NCBI GenBank assembly: GCA_028598975.1
Contig: JAQRMU010000007.1
Span: forward strand, 3,182-67,181
DNA: 64,000 bases
Direction of reading: 5' to 3'
Source of the DNA: Gammaproteobacteria bacterium
Lineage (GTDB): Bacteria; Pseudomonadota; Gammaproteobacteria; Nitrosococcales; Methylophagaceae
Positions 1 to 11,558 of this stretch are shown in pieces. The notes below the pieces were generated by a model. That model did not search any database, was not told the origin of the DNA, and saw only the letters and a program-made list of their open reading frames with translations. Each line of letters begins with the position of its first letter. The stretch's first letter is position 1. The translations under genes were made by a program, and so were the position numbers.

Positions 1-863
1 TTTCTCACCCGTTGGTGTAGCAACACTTTACTTGGAGAGAGTGTCCAATATACATGTTGGCCGGCCCTAAAACCAGATGTACTAGCGATCTCAATAAAGT
101 GCTCATACCACTTCAGCTTTAATGTATTTTCATGCTCGACTAAGTGACCAGAAAACACATTTCGTGCATCAACTTGTCTTGCAATCGCTACATTATCAGG
201 TCGAAACAACACTTCTTCTGGGCTCCCCTGTTGCAAAGTCACTCCTTGGTGAATAACGCACAAGCTATCAGCTAACATTGCAGCTTCATCTAAATCATGT
301 GTAACAAGTATGACAGGCATGTCGAGTTGCCTCCGAAGTGTATTAAGTTCTAGATACAACTTCCGTCGTGTTACCTTATCTACCGCTGAAAAAGGTTCAT
401 CTAATAGTAAAACCTCAGGCTGTCTCGCCAAGGCTCTCGCAATGGCAACACGCTGTTGCTGACCGCCTGACAGTTGGTGAGGGTAACGTTGCTCTAAGCC
501 TGATAAGTTGACTTGTTCTAACAAGTGTTTACCGTGTTCATGATGCGCACTTTTATCACTATCTAATGCTAATTTAATATTTTCCATTACCGTTAAGTGT
601 GGAAATAAGGCATAGTTCTGAAACACCATTCCAACACGACGTTGTTGAGGTGTTTGCTTCACCTTTTCATCACTATCAAACCATGTATGTCCTTTGCAGG
701 AGATTAGGCCGTGCTGAGGTGACTGTAGTCCAGCAATACAACGTAATACTGTTGACTTACCAGCACCCGAAGGCCCTACTAAAGCAAGTACTTCACCTTT
801 TTCACAGCTAAGTTCAACATCAAGTAATGCTGGCCGTGTTTGTTGTAACTTTACCTTCAACAT
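1..863 (-). CDS. modC: Molybdate ABC transporter ATP-binding subunit; 3' end runs off the window
   Basis: Absent from the ORF track because there is no stop in the window. My reverse-complement translation from the ATG at 863-861 gives MLKVKLQQTRPALLDVELSCEKGEVLALVGPSGAGKST (Walker A), LSGGQQQRVAIARALARQPEVLLLDEPFSAVD (ABC signature plus Walker B). No in-frame stop down to base 3. The start abuts the modB stop. Confidence 0.85.
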   Translation of the reverse strand, partial: MLKVKLQQTRPALLDVELSCEKGEVLALVGPSGAGKSTVLRCIAGLQSPQHGLISCKGHTWFDSDEKVKQTPQQRRVGMVFQNYALFPHLTVMENIKLALDSDKSAHHEHGKHLLEQVNLSGLEQRYPHQLSGGQQQRVAIARALARQPEVLLLDEPFSAVDKVTRRKLYLELNTLRRQLDMPVILVTHDLDEAAMLADSLCVIHQGVTLQQGSPEEVLFRPDNVAIARQVDARNVFSGHLVEHENTLKLKWYEHFIEIASTSGFRAGQHVYWTLSPSKVLLHQRVR

Positions 864-1535
864 TTAAAGTACCGCCACACGTGCTTGTTTTCGATTGAAG
901 GTATACACTAGCGTGATTGTCACTAAGGCGATCGCCAATAAAATAAGTGACATAGATTGTGCTTGCTGATGTTCAAAGGCAACAACACTATCGTAAATAG
1001 CAATAGACAGCGTTCGTGTTTCACCAGCAATATTCCCGCCTATCATTAACACAACACCAAACTCGCCCAATGTATGCGAAAAGCTCAATACCATTGCGGT
1101 AATGATACCCGGCCATGCTAGAGGTAATTCAATCTTAAAAAAGGTCTTCCATTTAGATAAGCCACTGCACCATGCTGCCTCACGAATCTCGGGAGCAATA
1201 CTTTCCAATGAACGTAGCATCGGTTGCACCGCAAATGGCAGGCTGTAAATAACTGATGCAAACCATAATCCAACAAATGAAAAAGCCAAGCTCTGCCCTG
1301 TTAAACTAACAAATAGGCTACCTAAAAAACTATCGCTACCCATCCCCACTAATAAAAAATAGCCTAGTACAGTTGGCGGCAAGACTAAAGGCAGAGTAAT
1401 AATAGCCTCAATAAACCCTCGGCCTACAAAGTTAGATTTCGCTAGAAAATAAGCAATTGCTAAACCTATTGGCAATAAGCTGAGACATGTTAATAAAGCT
1501 AAACTCATTGAAACTTCAAATGCCTGCCAATCCAT
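864..1535 (-). CDS. modB: Molybdate ABC transporter permease
   Basis: 223-aa polytopic membrane protein of the MetI-like permease type, placed between modA-like and modC-like genes with 0-1 nt junctions. Confidence 0.85.
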   Translation of the reverse strand: MDWQAFEVSMSLALLTCLSLLPIGLAIAYFLAKSNFVGRGFIEAIITLPLVLPPTVLGYFLLVGMGSDSFLGSLFVSLTGQSLAFSFVGLWFASVIYSLPFAVQPMLRSLESIAPEIREAAWCSGLSKWKTFFKIELPLAWPGIITAMVLSFSHTLGEFGVVLMIGGNIAGETRTLSIAIYDSVVAFEHQQAQSMSLILLAIALVTITLVYTFNRKQARVAVL

Positions 1536-2293
1536 TATGACTTTTCCATCTCTACAAAACCATGTTTAATAAAAAGCATTTGTGCCGATTCTGTTTGAAT
1601 AAATTTCATAAACTGTTTGCTGATGCTTGTGGCATTTTTTAATAACACGGCCTGTTGTTGTAATGTTATATCTAATTTAACAAATCTTCCTCGTGATGCA
1701 AGTTGAGGTTGGATAATATGAGCATAAGGCACGAAGGCAGCTTCAACCGATGGTGTTAATGCAAACTGGACTGCTTGAGATGCGTTTTCAGCCCTTAATA
1801 AATAAGGTTGAATTTGTTGCCAAAGCCCAGCGTTTTCTAATATTAATTTTGCTGCTTGGCCATAAGGTGCATGGTGCGGGTTGGCAATCGCCACTTTATT
1901 TAAAACGCCTTGCTCAATTGCTTGCTTTAAACCGTTTAGATCCTTATCAATCTGTATTGTTGAATCATTAGATGAAAAAAGAGCCAACTGAGCTTGAGCA
2001 TAATTAACGGCGTGCCCTTGTGTTAATTTAGCATCGATCAATCGTTGAATATAAGTAGGGTGAGCAGATAAAAATAGCTTGAAAGGAGCACCATGTTGGA
2101 TTTGTGTCGTTAACGTACCTGATGCGGCATAGGACACTGAAATATGCTGCTCCGTTTGCTGTTCAAACTTTTCTATTAATTCAGGTAATACAAAACGTAA
2201 ATTAGATGCGGCAGCAATATGAAGTGTCTCTGCCTGCACATAATTAAGACTACAAGAAAGTAGTAATACTAGAAGATATTTAGAATATTTCAT
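1535..2293 (-). CDS. modA: Periplasmic molybdate-binding protein
   Basis: Signal peptide MKYSKYLLVLLLSCSLNYVQA. ModA-like segments AASGTLTTQIQHGAP and IANPHHAPYGQAAKLIL. First gene of a mod-type operon. Confidence 0.8.
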   Translation of the reverse strand: MKYSKYLLVLLLSCSLNYVQAETLHIAAASNLRFVLPELIEKFEQQTEQHISVSYAASGTLTTQIQHGAPFKLFLSAHPTYIQRLIDAKLTQGHAVNYAQAQLALFSSNDSTIQIDKDLNGLKQAIEQGVLNKVAIANPHHAPYGQAAKLILENAGLWQQIQPYLLRAENASQAVQFALTPSVEAAFVPYAHIIQPQLASRGRFVKLDITLQQQAVLLKNATSISKQFMKFIQTESAQMLFIKHGFVEMEKS

Positions 2294-2310
2294 AGGCTAT
2301 ATTTTGACAC

Positions 2311-2337
2311 AAAAAAGCCCCGATAAACGGGGCTTTT
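2311..2337 (-). terminator. Rho-independent terminator after pnp (symmetric A-run/T-run, potentially bidirectional)
   Basis: aaaaaaGCCCCGataaaCGGGGCtttt. On the minus strand a 6-bp GC stem is followed by TTTTTT, 36 nt after the pnp stop. Confidence 0.8.
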
Positions 2338-2372
2338 AAGTTTACTTCGATGAAACTAGGTTTTAAGGAAGA

Positions 2373-4469
2373 TTAATCTTCTTTAGCTTCTTCGTTAACT
2401 GCTTTCATACTTAAACGAATTCGACCTTGGCGATCAACTTCAAGTACTTTAACTTTAATCACATCACCTTCAGATAACTTGTCGCTTACATTCTCAACAC
2501 GCTCATCAGAGATTTGTGAAATATGTACCAAACCATCCTTACCAGGAAGAATGGTTACAAATGCACCAAAGTCCATCAATTTAGCAACACGACCTTCATA
2601 GATAACACCTACTTCAACTTCTGCGGTAATTTGTTCGATGCGTTTTTGAGCATCTTGACCAGCGCTAAAGTCTGAAGAGAAGATTCTTACTGTACCATCA
2701 TCATCAATATCGATAACCGCACCTGTTTCTTCAGTTAATGCACGGATAGTTGCACCACCTTTACCAATCACGTCACGAATCTTGTCAGAGTTAACTTTCA
2801 TTGTGATGATACGTGGAGCAAATTCAGACATTTCTTCACGGTGTGATGAAATATTTGCGTTCATTGTGTCAAGAATTGTTAAACGGCCATCACGTGCTTG
2901 TGATAATGCTGTTGTCATAATTTCTTCGTTGATACCTTCGATCTTGATATCCATTTGAAGTGCAGTAATACCTTTTGCAGTACCTGCTACTTTAAAGTCC
3001 ATATCACCTAAGTGATCTTCATCGCCTAAGATATCAGTCAATACAGCATAACCGTTGTCTTCTTTAATCAAGCCCATTGCGATACCGGCAACAGGTGCTT
3101 TAATTGGTACACCTGCATCCATTAACGCTAAACTTGTACCACAAACAGAAGCCATAGAACTTGAACCGTTAGATTCTGTGATTTCTGAAACAACACGTAC
3201 AACATAAGGGAAATCTTCAGCAGAAGGCATAACGGCTTGGATACCACGTTTTGCTAATTTACCATGACCAATTTCACGACGTTTAGGAGAACCAACAAAA
3301 CCAGTTTCACCTACACAGAATGGAGGAAAGTTGTAATGCAACATGAAACGGTCGCGGTATTCACCTTCAACAGCATCAATCATTTGAGCATCACGTTCAG
3401 CACCTAATGTAGCAACAACAACTGCTTGCGTTTCACCACGTGTGAATAATGCAGAACCGTGTACGCGAGGAAGAACAGTTGTTTCAACTGTTACTTGACG
3501 TACAGTTGCTGTATCACGACCATCGATACGCGCTTCACCAGCAATTATTCTACCGCGAACTAGCTCTTTTTCAATTTTAGCAAATGCACCACGAACATCA
3601 TCAGCTGACATTGTTGATTCTTCACCCGCTAAGGCTTCAACAGCAGCATCACGAATAATGCCTAATGCATCTTGGCGAGCTAATTTATCACTGATTGTGT
3701 ATGCTTTTTCAATGCCTTCGAATGCATTTTCTTTAACAGCAGCATAAATAGCAGGGTCTTTTTCTGGAGCAGTCCAATCCCACGCTTCTTTACCTACTTC
3801 TGCTTTTAACTCATTGACCAAGCTAATAGCTGTTTGTAGTTTCTCATGACCGAACATTACAGAACCTAACATCACTTCTTCTGATAATTCAGATGCTTCT
3901 GATTCAACCATAAGAACCGCACTTTCAGTACCAGCAACAACTAAATCTAAGTCACTTGTTTGTAATTGTTCTTTACTTGGGTTTAGTACATATTCACCAT
4001 CGATATAACCAACACGAGCACCACCGATAGGACCGTTAAATGGAATACCAGAGATAGCTAATGCAGCAGAAGCACCAATCATTGCAGGGATATCAGGATC
4101 GATTGCAGGATCTAAAGCAACCACTGTTGCAATAACCTGAACTTCGTTCAAGAAACCTTTAGGGAATAATGGGCGTAAAGGACGGTCGATCAAACGACAT
4201 GTCAATGTTTCTTTTTCAGAAGGACGACCTTCACGCTTAAAGAAACCACCTGGAATTTTACCAGCAGAGTAAGTACGTTCTTGGTAATTAACAGTCAACG
4301 GGAAGAAATCTTGGCCCGGTTGAACGTTCTTTTTACCAACAACTGTCACCATTACAGATGTTTCACCCAAGCTTGCGATGATTGCACCACTTGCTTGGCG
4401 TGCCACTTTTCCAGTCTCAAGACTTAAAATATGGTCGCCGTATTGAACCGATTTTTTTACTGAATTCAC
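2373..4469 (-). CDS. pnp: Polynucleotide phosphorylase
   Basis: 698 aa with two RNase PH domains plus KH and S1 domains ([14 protein letters not shown]). Canonical position downstream of rpsO. Confidence 0.97.
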   Translation of the reverse strand: MNSVKKSVQYGDHILSLETGKVARQASGAIIASLGETSVMVTVVGKKNVQPGQDFFPLTVNYQERTYSAGKIPGGFFKREGRPSEKETLTCRLIDRPLRPLFPKGFLNEVQVIATVVALDPAIDPDIPAMIGASAALAISGIPFNGPIGGARVGYIDGEYVLNPSKEQLQTSDLDLVVAGTESAVLMVESEASELSEEVMLGSVMFGHEKLQTAISLVNELKAEVGKEAWDWTAPEKDPAIYAAVKENAFEGIEKAYTISDKLARQDALGIIRDAAVEALAGEESTMSADDVRGAFAKIEKELVRGRIIAGEARIDGRDTATVRQVTVETTVLPRVHGSALFTRGETQAVVVATLGAERDAQMIDAVEGEYRDRFMLHYNFPPFCVGETGFVGSPKRREIGHGKLAKRGIQAVMPSAEDFPYVVRVVSEITESNGSSSMASVCGTSLALMDAGVPIKAPVAGIAMGLIKEDNGYAVLTDILGDEDHLGDMDFKVAGTAKGITALQMDIKIEGINEEIMTTALSQARDGRLTILDTMNANISSHREEMSEFAPRIITMKVNSDKIRDVIGKGGATIRALTEETGAVIDIDDDGTVRIFSSDFSAGQDAQKRIEQITAEVEVGVIYEGRVAKLMDFGAFVTILPGKDGLVHISQISDERVENVSDKLSEGDVIKVKVLEVDRQGRIRLSMKAVNEEAKED

Positions 4470-4593
4470 GTTTTTTTCCTTATCGTTTATTACGGCCTAT
4501 TCCGCAATGAACTTTCATTTAAAATTCTTAGAGAATCACATAAGAAGCGTTTCTTAACACCGTAATGGTGTGATGCAAAACTCTCACAAACAA

Positions 4594-4630
4594 ATACGCC
4601 CCTGAGGCCATAATGGCTTCAGGGGCGTAT
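4594..4630 (-). terminator. rpsO terminator / pnp-leader hairpin
   Basis: ATACGCCCCTGAGGCC-ataat-GGCTTCAGGGGCGTAT. 16-bp stem with one mismatch. On the minus strand it is followed by TTGTTTGTG. Lies 78 nt after the rpsO stop, in the 238-nt rpsO-pnp spacer. Confidence 0.7.
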
Positions 4631-4707
4631 TTTAAATACTAACCTTGCTATCAATAAACAACGACGGCATGGTGTTAAACATATTCTTTATTGCAATTAG
4701 CAAGGGC

Positions 4708-4977
4708 TTAACGACGTAAACCTAGGCTAGCAATTAATTCACGGTAACGTGTGATATCTTTCTTTTTCAAGTAATCCAACATTTTACGACGACCACTTAC
4801 CATTTTTAATAAACCTTGGCGTGAGTGATGATCATGGATGTTTGTTTTGAAATGTTCAGAAAGATCCGCGATGCGTGCTGTTAACAAAGCAATTTGTACT
4901 TCAGCTGAACCAGTATCGCCTTCCGAGCGTTGGTATTTGCTAACTACTTCTTTTGTTTGTTCTAGTGATAATGACAT
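4708..4977 (-). CDS. rpsO: 30S ribosomal protein S15
   Basis: [36 protein letters not shown]...[25 protein letters not shown]. Start trimmed to the second Met of the track ORF to match the S15 N-terminus. Confidence 0.95.
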   Translation of the reverse strand: MSLSLEQTKEVVSKYQRSEGDTGSAEVQIALLTARIADLSEHFKTNIHDHHSRQGLLKMVSGRRKMLDYLKKKDITRYRELIASLGLRR

Positions 4978-5133
4978 TAAAAACTCCAACTTTTATTATG
5001 TAGCACTTCTTTTATTTGGCTACGAGTTAAATTCTGGATTATTCCAGCAGTGCTACTTTCATAGCAAACCAAAATATCCAACCATTCAAAAACGGCAATT
5101 TTACCGACTTTTTATTATTGAAACAAGCCTTTA

Positions 5134-6057
5134 CTACTGATTATGATCAACAAAGACTCGCTTTGGTGCAACTATACCCTGTTCAGACATTTCACCAAGG
5201 CCAAGAAACACCTTTTCCATATCAAACAGTCTAACATTTGCGGATGAATAGACTTGTTCAACCTTAATTGTTTGGCCAAATCTCAAAGCTGTCACCATTT
5301 CATCTGTAGCAATAACTTCAGGCCAATCTGGCAAAGCATCTTCCGTTGGAAGCAATTCAGCATCTAAGGCATCGAGTCCTTTTTCTGCTATTTTTTCTAA
5401 GTGTTCAATTGATATTGCTTGTTGCTGCGTATACCGTGCAGCGGCAACACGGCGAAGCATAACAACATGACCACCCGAACCGAGTGCATGACTGATATCT
5501 TCAACTAAAGTGCGAATATAGGTGCCTTTGCTACAGCGAACTGCTAGGGTAAAACTATCTTCTGTAATAGATAATAGCTGAATGTCATAAATCGTAATAC
5601 GTCGAGATTTACGTTCCACTTCTATTCCCTGTCGCGCAAGTTTATACAGTGGCTGACCATTGTATTTTAATGCTGAGAACATCGGTGGGACTTGATCTTG
5701 CTCACCTGTAAACCGTGGCAATAGTTCTAATAGTGTTTGCTCGTTAAACTCAGGAATATCTGATGTTGCTACTATTTCACCATCAGAATCACCACTGTCA
5801 GTAACCACACCCAGTTTACAAGTCACATGATAGGCTTTATTAGCATCTAATAAATAGGATGAGACTTTAGTTGCTTCACCTAAGCAAATAGGGAGCACAC
5901 CTGTTGCAAGTGGATCTAATGCGCCAGTATGACCTGCCTTTTTAGCATCAAACAAACGTTTAACTTGTTGCAATACATGATTAGAACTTCGGCCAGTTGG
6001 TTTATCAATAATCACAATACCTGTGATATTACGACCTTTCTTATTTCTACGCCCCAT
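5134..6057 (-). CDS. truB: tRNA pseudouridine-55 synthase
   Basis: GIVIIDKPTGRSSNHVLQQVKRLFDAKKAGHTGALDPLATGVLPI (catalytic Asp motif). Conserved operon position. Confidence 0.95.
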   Translation of the reverse strand: MGRRNKKGRNITGIVIIDKPTGRSSNHVLQQVKRLFDAKKAGHTGALDPLATGVLPICLGEATKVSSYLLDANKAYHVTCKLGVVTDSGDSDGEIVATSDIPEFNEQTLLELLPRFTGEQDQVPPMFSALKYNGQPLYKLARQGIEVERKSRRITIYDIQLLSITEDSFTLAVRCSKGTYIRTLVEDISHALGSGGHVVMLRRVAAARYTQQQAISIEHLEKIAEKGLDALDAELLPTEDALPDWPEVIATDEMVTALRFGQTIKVEQVYSSANVRLFDMEKVFLGLGEMSEQGIVAPKRVFVDHNQ

Positions 6058-6067
6058 CTAACAATGC

Positions 6068-6439
6068 TTACTCTTTTGGTAGATCTTTATTGGCCTTAGC
6101 AATGAGTTCATCCATCTGAAAACCATGCTCTAATGATTTATCGTAATGGAAGCGTAATTCAGGAATATTGCGTAACTCTACACGTCCAGCGAGGTTTCGA
6201 CGTAGAAATCCTGCGGCACGTTTTAACCCTGCCAAACATTCTTCAATATCTTGTTCTGAATCAACACCACTTAGACGTGTTACAAATACCTTGGCATATT
6301 TCATATCAGAGGTGACATCGACATGAGATACCGTTACCAAGCCAACGCGTGGATCGGATACCTCATGCTGAATCATTTGAGCCAGCTCTCGCAAGATAAG
6401 CTGACCAATTCGATTAGTTCGGCTAAATTCTCTTGCCAT
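6068..6439 (-). CDS. rbfA: Ribosome-binding factor A
   Basis: 123 aa, [23 protein letters not shown]. Located between infB and truB. Confidence 0.93.
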   Translation of the reverse strand: MAREFSRTNRIGQLILRELAQMIQHEVSDPRVGLVTVSHVDVTSDMKYAKVFVTRLSGVDSEQDIEECLAGLKRAAGFLRRNLAGRVELRNIPELRFHYDKSLEHGFQMDELIAKANKDLPKE

Positions 6440-9303
6440 TATAGCGTCGGCTTCATAAGAACACGTTCAAAGACTTCAATCTGATCACCAGGCTTAACAT
6501 CAGTGTAATCTTTCACACCGATACCACATTCCACACCAGATTGAACTTCATTCACATCATCTTTAAAGCGACGTAGTGATTCAAGTTCACCTTCGTAAAT
6601 AACCACGTTATCACGTAGAACACGGATTGGATTTGTTTTCTTAACAGTACCTTCAGTAACCAAACAACCTGCAATATCGCCAAATTTAGGTGAGCTAAAG
6701 ACATCATCAACACGTGCAAGACCGATAATCTCATCTTTATAAACAGGCTCTAACATTCCTGTCATTGCTTGCGTTACTACATCGATCAAATCATAGATGA
6801 TGCTGAAATATTGAATATCAAGACCTTTTTCAGCAATAATTCTACGTGCTGTATTATCAGCACGAACATTGAAACCAATTAAGATAGCATTCGCCGACGC
6901 AGCTAGTTGAGCATCTGTTTCATTAATACCACCAACACCTGTAGCAACAATACGTACTTTTACTTGATCTGTTGAAAGCTTAGATAGGCCTTGGCTTACC
7001 GCTTCTGAAGAGCCGTGAACATCTGCTTTGACCACAATATTTAATGTCTTAACATCGCCTGATTCCATCTGGTTAAACATGTCATCAAGTTTTGCAGCTT
7101 GCTGTTGCGCCATTTGTAATTCACGTGCTTTCGTTTTACGTAAAGTAGCAATTTCACGAGCAGAACGTTCATTTGCAACAACTTGTAATTCATCACCTGA
7201 TGCTGGCGTTCCAGACAAACCCAGAATCTCAACGGGTGTTGAAGGTGTTGCCGACGTTAATACTGTTGCATTTTCATCTAATAATGAACGAACACGACCA
7301 TACTCTTGACCAACAACAACGATATCGCCTTTATTAAGCGTTCCAGATTGAACAAGAACCGTAACAATTGTACCGCGACCTTTATCTAAGCGTGCTTCAA
7401 TAACCGTCCCTTTCGCTGGGCCAGTTGCAATAGCTTTAAGCTCTAGCATTTCAGCTTGCAATGAAATGGTATCTAATAGTTCATCAACACCTTGTCCAGT
7501 TAATGCTGAAACAGGAACAAACGGTACATCACCACCCCAATCTTCAGGGATAACATCGTGATTACCTAATTCTGTTTTCACACGATCAGGATTTGCTGTT
7601 TCTTTATCCATTTTATTAACGGCAATGATTAATAATGCACCCGCTTCTTTCGAATGTTTCACCGCTTCAATTGTTTGAGGCATAACACCGTCGTCAGCCG
7701 CAACAACCAACACAACAATATCCGTTACTTTTGCACCACGTTGACGCATTTCAGTAAATGCCGCATGTCCCGGTGTATCTAAAAATGCAATCTCACCACG
7801 ACTTGTTTTAACTCTATAGGCACCAATATGCTGAGTAATACCTCCCGCTTCACCTGATGTTACTTTGGTACTACGAATATAATCTAGTAATGATGTTTTA
7901 CCGTGATCAACATGACCCATAACGGTAACAACAGGTGCACGAGTAAGCTCTTCGCCTACTTCATGGTCTGTTTCCATCAATGCTAGTTCAGCTTCATTCT
8001 CTTGAGCAGGTTTAGCAATATGTCCCATTTCTTCAATCACGATAACAGCTGTATCTTGATCAAGTACTTGGTTGATTGTTGCCATTTGACCTAGGCCCAT
8101 CAACGCCTTGATGACTTCAGCAGCTTTGACAGACATACGCAAAGCTAAGTCAGCTACACTAATAGTGTCAGGTACATTTACTTCATGTACAACTGGCGCT
8201 GTTGGTAATGTAAAGCCATGTTCTTCTGAAGATTCCATAACGGCAGTAGAAGGCTGTTGAGCACCTTTGCCTTTTTTCTTCTTACGACGACCTTTCCCAT
8301 TTGAGACGTGCAGTTCTTCTCTACCTTTGCCCCCACCTTTTCGATCATTTCGACCGCCACGGCGACCCGCGTTTTCTTTTGTGCTTGGACCTGCAGGATC
8401 TGGTTTTTTCTCAGCAGCTTTTTCTTTTACTTTACGTGCTTCTTTTTGCTCTTTTGCTTTTGCTTCTGCAGCCTTCTTAGCTTCAGCACGCTCTTTTTCT
8501 AACTTAGCTTCTTCAATTCGTGCTTTTTTACGCTCAATTAATGCTTTTTCAGCCTCTAAGCGAGCCATATTAGCAGCACGACGTTTAGCATCAGCTTCTT
8601 CAAGCTTTTTATGCGCTATTTGTGATGCTGTAAGCTTAGGTTCTGCAGGCGCTTTCTTAGCTTCTTCCTTTGCTTTTTCTACTTTAGGCTTACTCTCTTC
8701 TTTCGCCTTTTGTTTTGCTTCTTCTGCTAATGCTTTTTTCTCTTCTTCAGCTGCAGCTCGCGCTTCTTCAGCCGCTTGCTTTTCAGCTTCAACCGCAGCT
8801 TCAACAACAGCAGCTTCACGTTTTGCATCTTCAGCTTCTTGTTGAAGTTTAAGTGTTTCTTCATCTTTGATGCGTTGTTGCTCTTCATCTTTAATGCGCT
8901 GTTCTTCTAAGCGTGCATCTTCAACTTCTTTTTCTTCAGCTGCTTTTTGACGCTGCAATTCTGCCTCTGCTTCTGCTTCTTCTGCTGGCGTACGTTTTAC
9001 AAATGTACGTTTTTTACGCACTTCAACACTGACACTTTTTCCACCACGACGTGATGCAGTACTGCCTAATTTAATTTCACTGACAGACTTTCGTTTAAGT
9101 GTAATCTTTTTAGATGGTGCAGTCCCTTCTTCAGACTTACCATGACGCTGTTGCAAAGAATTCAATAACAGTTGCTTTTGGTCTTCTGTAATCAAATCAT
9201 CTGGACTTGACACAACAACACCTGCTTCACCAAGCTGTTCAACTAAATGCTCACCTGAGACGCCAACACTTTCTGCTAGGTCTTTAACCTTAATATCACT
9301 CAT
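6439..9303 (-). CDS. infB: Translation initiation factor IF-2
   Basis: 954 aa. Long K/E/A-rich N-terminal region, then the GTPase domain [16 protein letters not shown]...DTPGHAAF...NKMD. Confidence 0.97.
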   Translation of the reverse strand: MSDIKVKDLAESVGVSGEHLVEQLGEAGVVVSSPDDLITEDQKQLLLNSLQQRHGKSEEGTAPSKKITLKRKSVSEIKLGSTASRRGGKSVSVEVRKKRTFVKRTPAEEAEAEAELQRQKAAEEKEVEDARLEEQRIKDEEQQRIKDEETLKLQQEAEDAKREAAVVEAAVEAEKQAAEEARAAAEEEKKALAEEAKQKAKEESKPKVEKAKEEAKKAPAEPKLTASQIAHKKLEEADAKRRAANMARLEAEKALIERKKARIEEAKLEKERAEAKKAAEAKAKEQKEARKVKEKAAEKKPDPAGPSTKENAGRRGGRNDRKGGGKGREELHVSNGKGRRKKKKGKGAQQPSTAVMESSEEHGFTLPTAPVVHEVNVPDTISVADLALRMSVKAAEVIKALMGLGQMATINQVLDQDTAVIVIEEMGHIAKPAQENEAELALMETDHEVGEELTRAPVVTVMGHVDHGKTSLLDYIRSTKVTSGEAGGITQHIGAYRVKTSRGEIAFLDTPGHAAFTEMRQRGAKVTDIVVLVVAADDGVMPQTIEAVKHSKEAGALLIIAVNKMDKETANPDRVKTELGNHDVIPEDWGGDVPFVPVSALTGQGVDELLDTISLQAEMLELKAIATGPAKGTVIEARLDKGRGTIVTVLVQSGTLNKGDIVVVGQEYGRVRSLLDENATVLTSATPSTPVEILGLSGTPASGDELQVVANERSAREIATLRKTKARELQMAQQQAAKLDDMFNQMESGDVKTLNIVVKADVHGSSEAVSQGLSKLSTDQVKVRIVATGVGGINETDAQLAASANAILIGFNVRADNTARRIIAEKGLDIQYFSIIYDLIDVVTQAMTGMLEPVYKDEIIGLARVDDVFSSPKFGDIAGCLVTEGTVKKTNPIRVLRDNVVIYEGELESLRRFKDDVNEVQSGVECGIGVKDYTDVKPGDQIEVFERVLMKPTL

Positions 9304-9307
9304 CTAG

Positions 9308-10825
9308 TTACTCCCCCGCCTCATCATCGTCACCATCGGCAAACCATGTTTCACGAGCATTCATTATTAATGCAGCTGCTAGCTCTTCATTCATTCCATC
9401 AAGCTCAACCAGTTCGTCGACAGATTGGTCACCCAAATCATCAACTGTTATTATCCCTTTACTTGCAAGTGTAAGGGCAATTGCTTTTGTAACCCCTTTC
9501 AATGCGAGTAAATCCGCAGCAGGCTCAGCTGTTTCTAATTCTTCTTCAATGGCAATTGCTTTTGTTAACAATACATCACGTGCTCGTGAGCGAAGTTCAG
9601 CAACGATATCAGCATCAAACTCTTCAATTGCAAGCATTTCTTCTTCTGCCACATAAGCGACTTCATCTAAGCTAGAGAAGCCTTCTTGCGCCAAAATCAA
9701 AGCAACGTCTTCATCGACATCAAGATCTTGCATGAACAGTTCGATTAGGCTAGCAATCTCTGTCTCTGATTTTTTATCTGCATCAGATGCTGACATAACA
9801 TTTAACGTCCACCCTGTTAGTTGGCTTGCTAAACGTACGTTTTGGCCACCACGACCGATTGCTTGAGATAATTGTTCATCTTCAACAGCGATATCCATGC
9901 TGTGTGCATCTTCATCAACAACAATAGAAAGTATTTCTGCTGGCGCCATTGCATTGATTGCAAAGCGAGCAGGCTCTTCATCCCAAACAATGATATCAAC
10001 ACGTTCACCGGCCAGTTCATTGGTTACAGCTTGAACGCGTGAACCACGCATTCCAACACACGCACCAACAGGGTCAATTCGCGCTTCCTTTGCTTCTACT
10101 GCAATTTTTGCACGAAGACCAGCATCACGAGCGGCACCTTTAACTTCAATCATGCCGTCACTTATTTCAGGTACTTCTAATTTAAATAATTCAATAAGTA
10201 CTTCTGGTGCCATTCGACTTAGTAATAATTGAGGGCCACGACCTTCTGGACGAATTTCTTTCAAGTAACCTCGAACACGGTCACCAGTTCTAAAGCTCTC
10301 TCTCGGTATCATTTCTTCACGAGGAATAAACGCTTCCGCATTGCCGCCTAAATCAAGTGTTACATTGCCGCGTTCAACACGCTTGACAGTACCCATGATT
10401 AACTGGCCTAGCTTATCTTGGTACTGCTCAACAACTTGTGCACGCTCTGCTTCACGTACTTTCTGCACGATAACTTGTTTAGCAGTTTGTGCTGCAATAC
10501 GCCCAAATGCAACAGAATCTATTTGCTCAGAAATATAACCATCTACTTCAATATCTGATTGTTTTTCTAACGCGTCACTGAGTTTAATTTGCGTTTCTGA
10601 TGATTCAAGCTCTTCTTCAGAATCTTCAATAACTAACCATTGGCGGAATGTTTCATAATCTCCAGTTTCACGGTCAATCACAACACGAGCATCAATCTCA
10701 GCATCACTACCTTTACGCGTTGCTGATGCTAGTGCAGCCTCTATCGCTTGGAAAATAACTTCTTTTCCGACACCCTTTTCATTCGATACGGCATCAACGA
10801 CCAATAAGATTTCTTTATTATTCAC
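9308..10825 (-). CDS. nusA: Transcription termination/antitermination factor NusA
   Basis: 505 aa with S1 and KH domains and an acidic C-terminal repeat region. Conserved position. Confidence 0.96.
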   Translation of the reverse strand: MNNKEILLVVDAVSNEKGVGKEVIFQAIEAALASATRKGSDAEIDARVVIDRETGDYETFRQWLVIEDSEEELESSETQIKLSDALEKQSDIEVDGYISEQIDSVAFGRIAAQTAKQVIVQKVREAERAQVVEQYQDKLGQLIMGTVKRVERGNVTLDLGGNAEAFIPREEMIPRESFRTGDRVRGYLKEIRPEGRGPQLLLSRMAPEVLIELFKLEVPEISDGMIEVKGAARDAGLRAKIAVEAKEARIDPVGACVGMRGSRVQAVTNELAGERVDIIVWDEEPARFAINAMAPAEILSIVVDEDAHSMDIAVEDEQLSQAIGRGGQNVRLASQLTGWTLNVMSASDADKKSETEIASLIELFMQDLDVDEDVALILAQEGFSSLDEVAYVAEEEMLAIEEFDADIVAELRSRARDVLLTKAIAIEEELETAEPAADLLALKGVTKAIALTLASKGIITVDDLGDQSVDELVELDGMNEELAAALIMNARETWFADGDDDEAGE

Positions 10826-10896
10826 TATTCCCCCAATGAGTTTTTGGTAAAACCCAACTAAACCTGTTCAGATCAACTATTTATAATACGCTTTTT

Positions 10897-11343
10897 TTAG
10901 GCAACAAGTCGTGCTTTTGCCAACTTTGTCAGTGGTAAACCATACTCTTCACCATCAACTACAATTAATATTTCACCATCATCAAAACCTTGTAAAACAC
11001 CTTTGAAATTTCGACGACCTTGTATTGGTAATTTCATTGATATTTTTACTTCACTACCTGCAAAACGCTCAAAGTCTTTTGCTTTAAATAATGGGCGGTC
11101 AAAACCTGGCGATGAAATCTCTAAAGAATAGGCACTACTGATGGGATCTTCGACTTCTAGAATACCATTCACCTGATGACTGACTCGCTCACAGTCTTCT
11201 ATACCAATTCCTTGCTCTGCATCAATATAAATACGCAAAACGGTATTGCTACCATTCTTTATATATTCAACGCCCACCAACTCATAACCGAGAGATTCAA
11301 TTGGTAGTTCAATTAATTGTTCAATTTGGTCGCTAACAGCCAT
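10897..11343 (-). CDS. rimP: Ribosome maturation factor RimP
   Basis: MAVSDQIEQLIELPIESLGYELVGVEYI...LEISSPGFDRPLF. The track ORF extends to 11427, but that extension runs through two terminator hairpins, so I use the Met at 11343. Confidence 0.9.
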   Translation of the reverse strand: MAVSDQIEQLIELPIESLGYELVGVEYIKNGSNTVLRIYIDAEQGIGIEDCERVSHQVNGILEVEDPISSAYSLEISSPGFDRPLFKAKDFERFAGSEVKISMKLPIQGRRNFKGVLQGFDDGEILIVVDGEEYGLPLTKLAKARLVA

Positions 11344-11351
11344 AATTATGT

Positions 11352-11373
11352 AAAAAAAAAGGGCCCACGGCCC
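11352..11373 (-). terminator. Rho-independent terminator/attenuator between metY and rimP (proximal)
   Basis: Minus strand reads GGGCC-gtg-GGCCC followed by TTTTTTTTT. It ends 8 nt before the rimP ATG. Confidence 0.7.
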
Positions 11374-11394
11374 AATTTCAAATCTCCAGATAAA

Positions 11395-11416
11395 CAAAAA
11401 CCCCATTATAGGGGTT
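11395..11416 (-). terminator. Rho-independent terminator/attenuator just after tRNA-fMet (distal)
   Basis: Minus strand reads AACCCC-tataat-GGGGTT followed by TTTGTTTAT. Confidence 0.6.
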
Positions 11417-11428
11417 CTGTAATTCAAG

Positions 11429-11505
<77 letters not shown>

Positions 11506-11521
11506 CCTGATTAAGCCGAGA

Positions 11522-11550
11522 ATTATACGGTCATTGTATTGTGCATGCAA
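11522..11550 (-). promoter_or_regulatory. Sigma-70 promoter for metY-rimP-nusA-infB
   Basis: Minus strand reads TTGCAT-17 nt-TATAAT, then tctcggcttaatcagg, then tRNA +1. Lies directly downstream of the ntrC stop. Confidence 0.6.
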
Positions 11551-11558
11551 GAGAATAT

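Noticed and set aside
2294-2372. Checked the pnp-modA spacer for a Moco riboswitch or a ModE operator.
   Set aside because: The spacer is only 79 bp, and most of it is the pnp terminator. Only a partial CTATAT half-site is present, which is too little to call.
8267-8845. 192-aa plus-strand ORF (with 8308-8502) antisense to the infB N-terminal region.
   Set aside because: It is a mirror image of the low-complexity K/E/A-rich IF-2 coding region. Its Ser/Ala/Phe-rich translation has no start context.
8859-8904. 24-nt imperfect tandem duplication inside infB (encoding EEQRIKDE twice).
   Set aside because: A simple in-frame duplication within the variable charged IF-2 linker. It is not an independent repeat element.
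10897-11427. Long form of the rimP ORF (176 aa) given in the track.
   Set aside because: The extra 28 codons run through two terminator hairpins and abut the tRNA. The RimP family N-terminus aligns with the Met at 11343.
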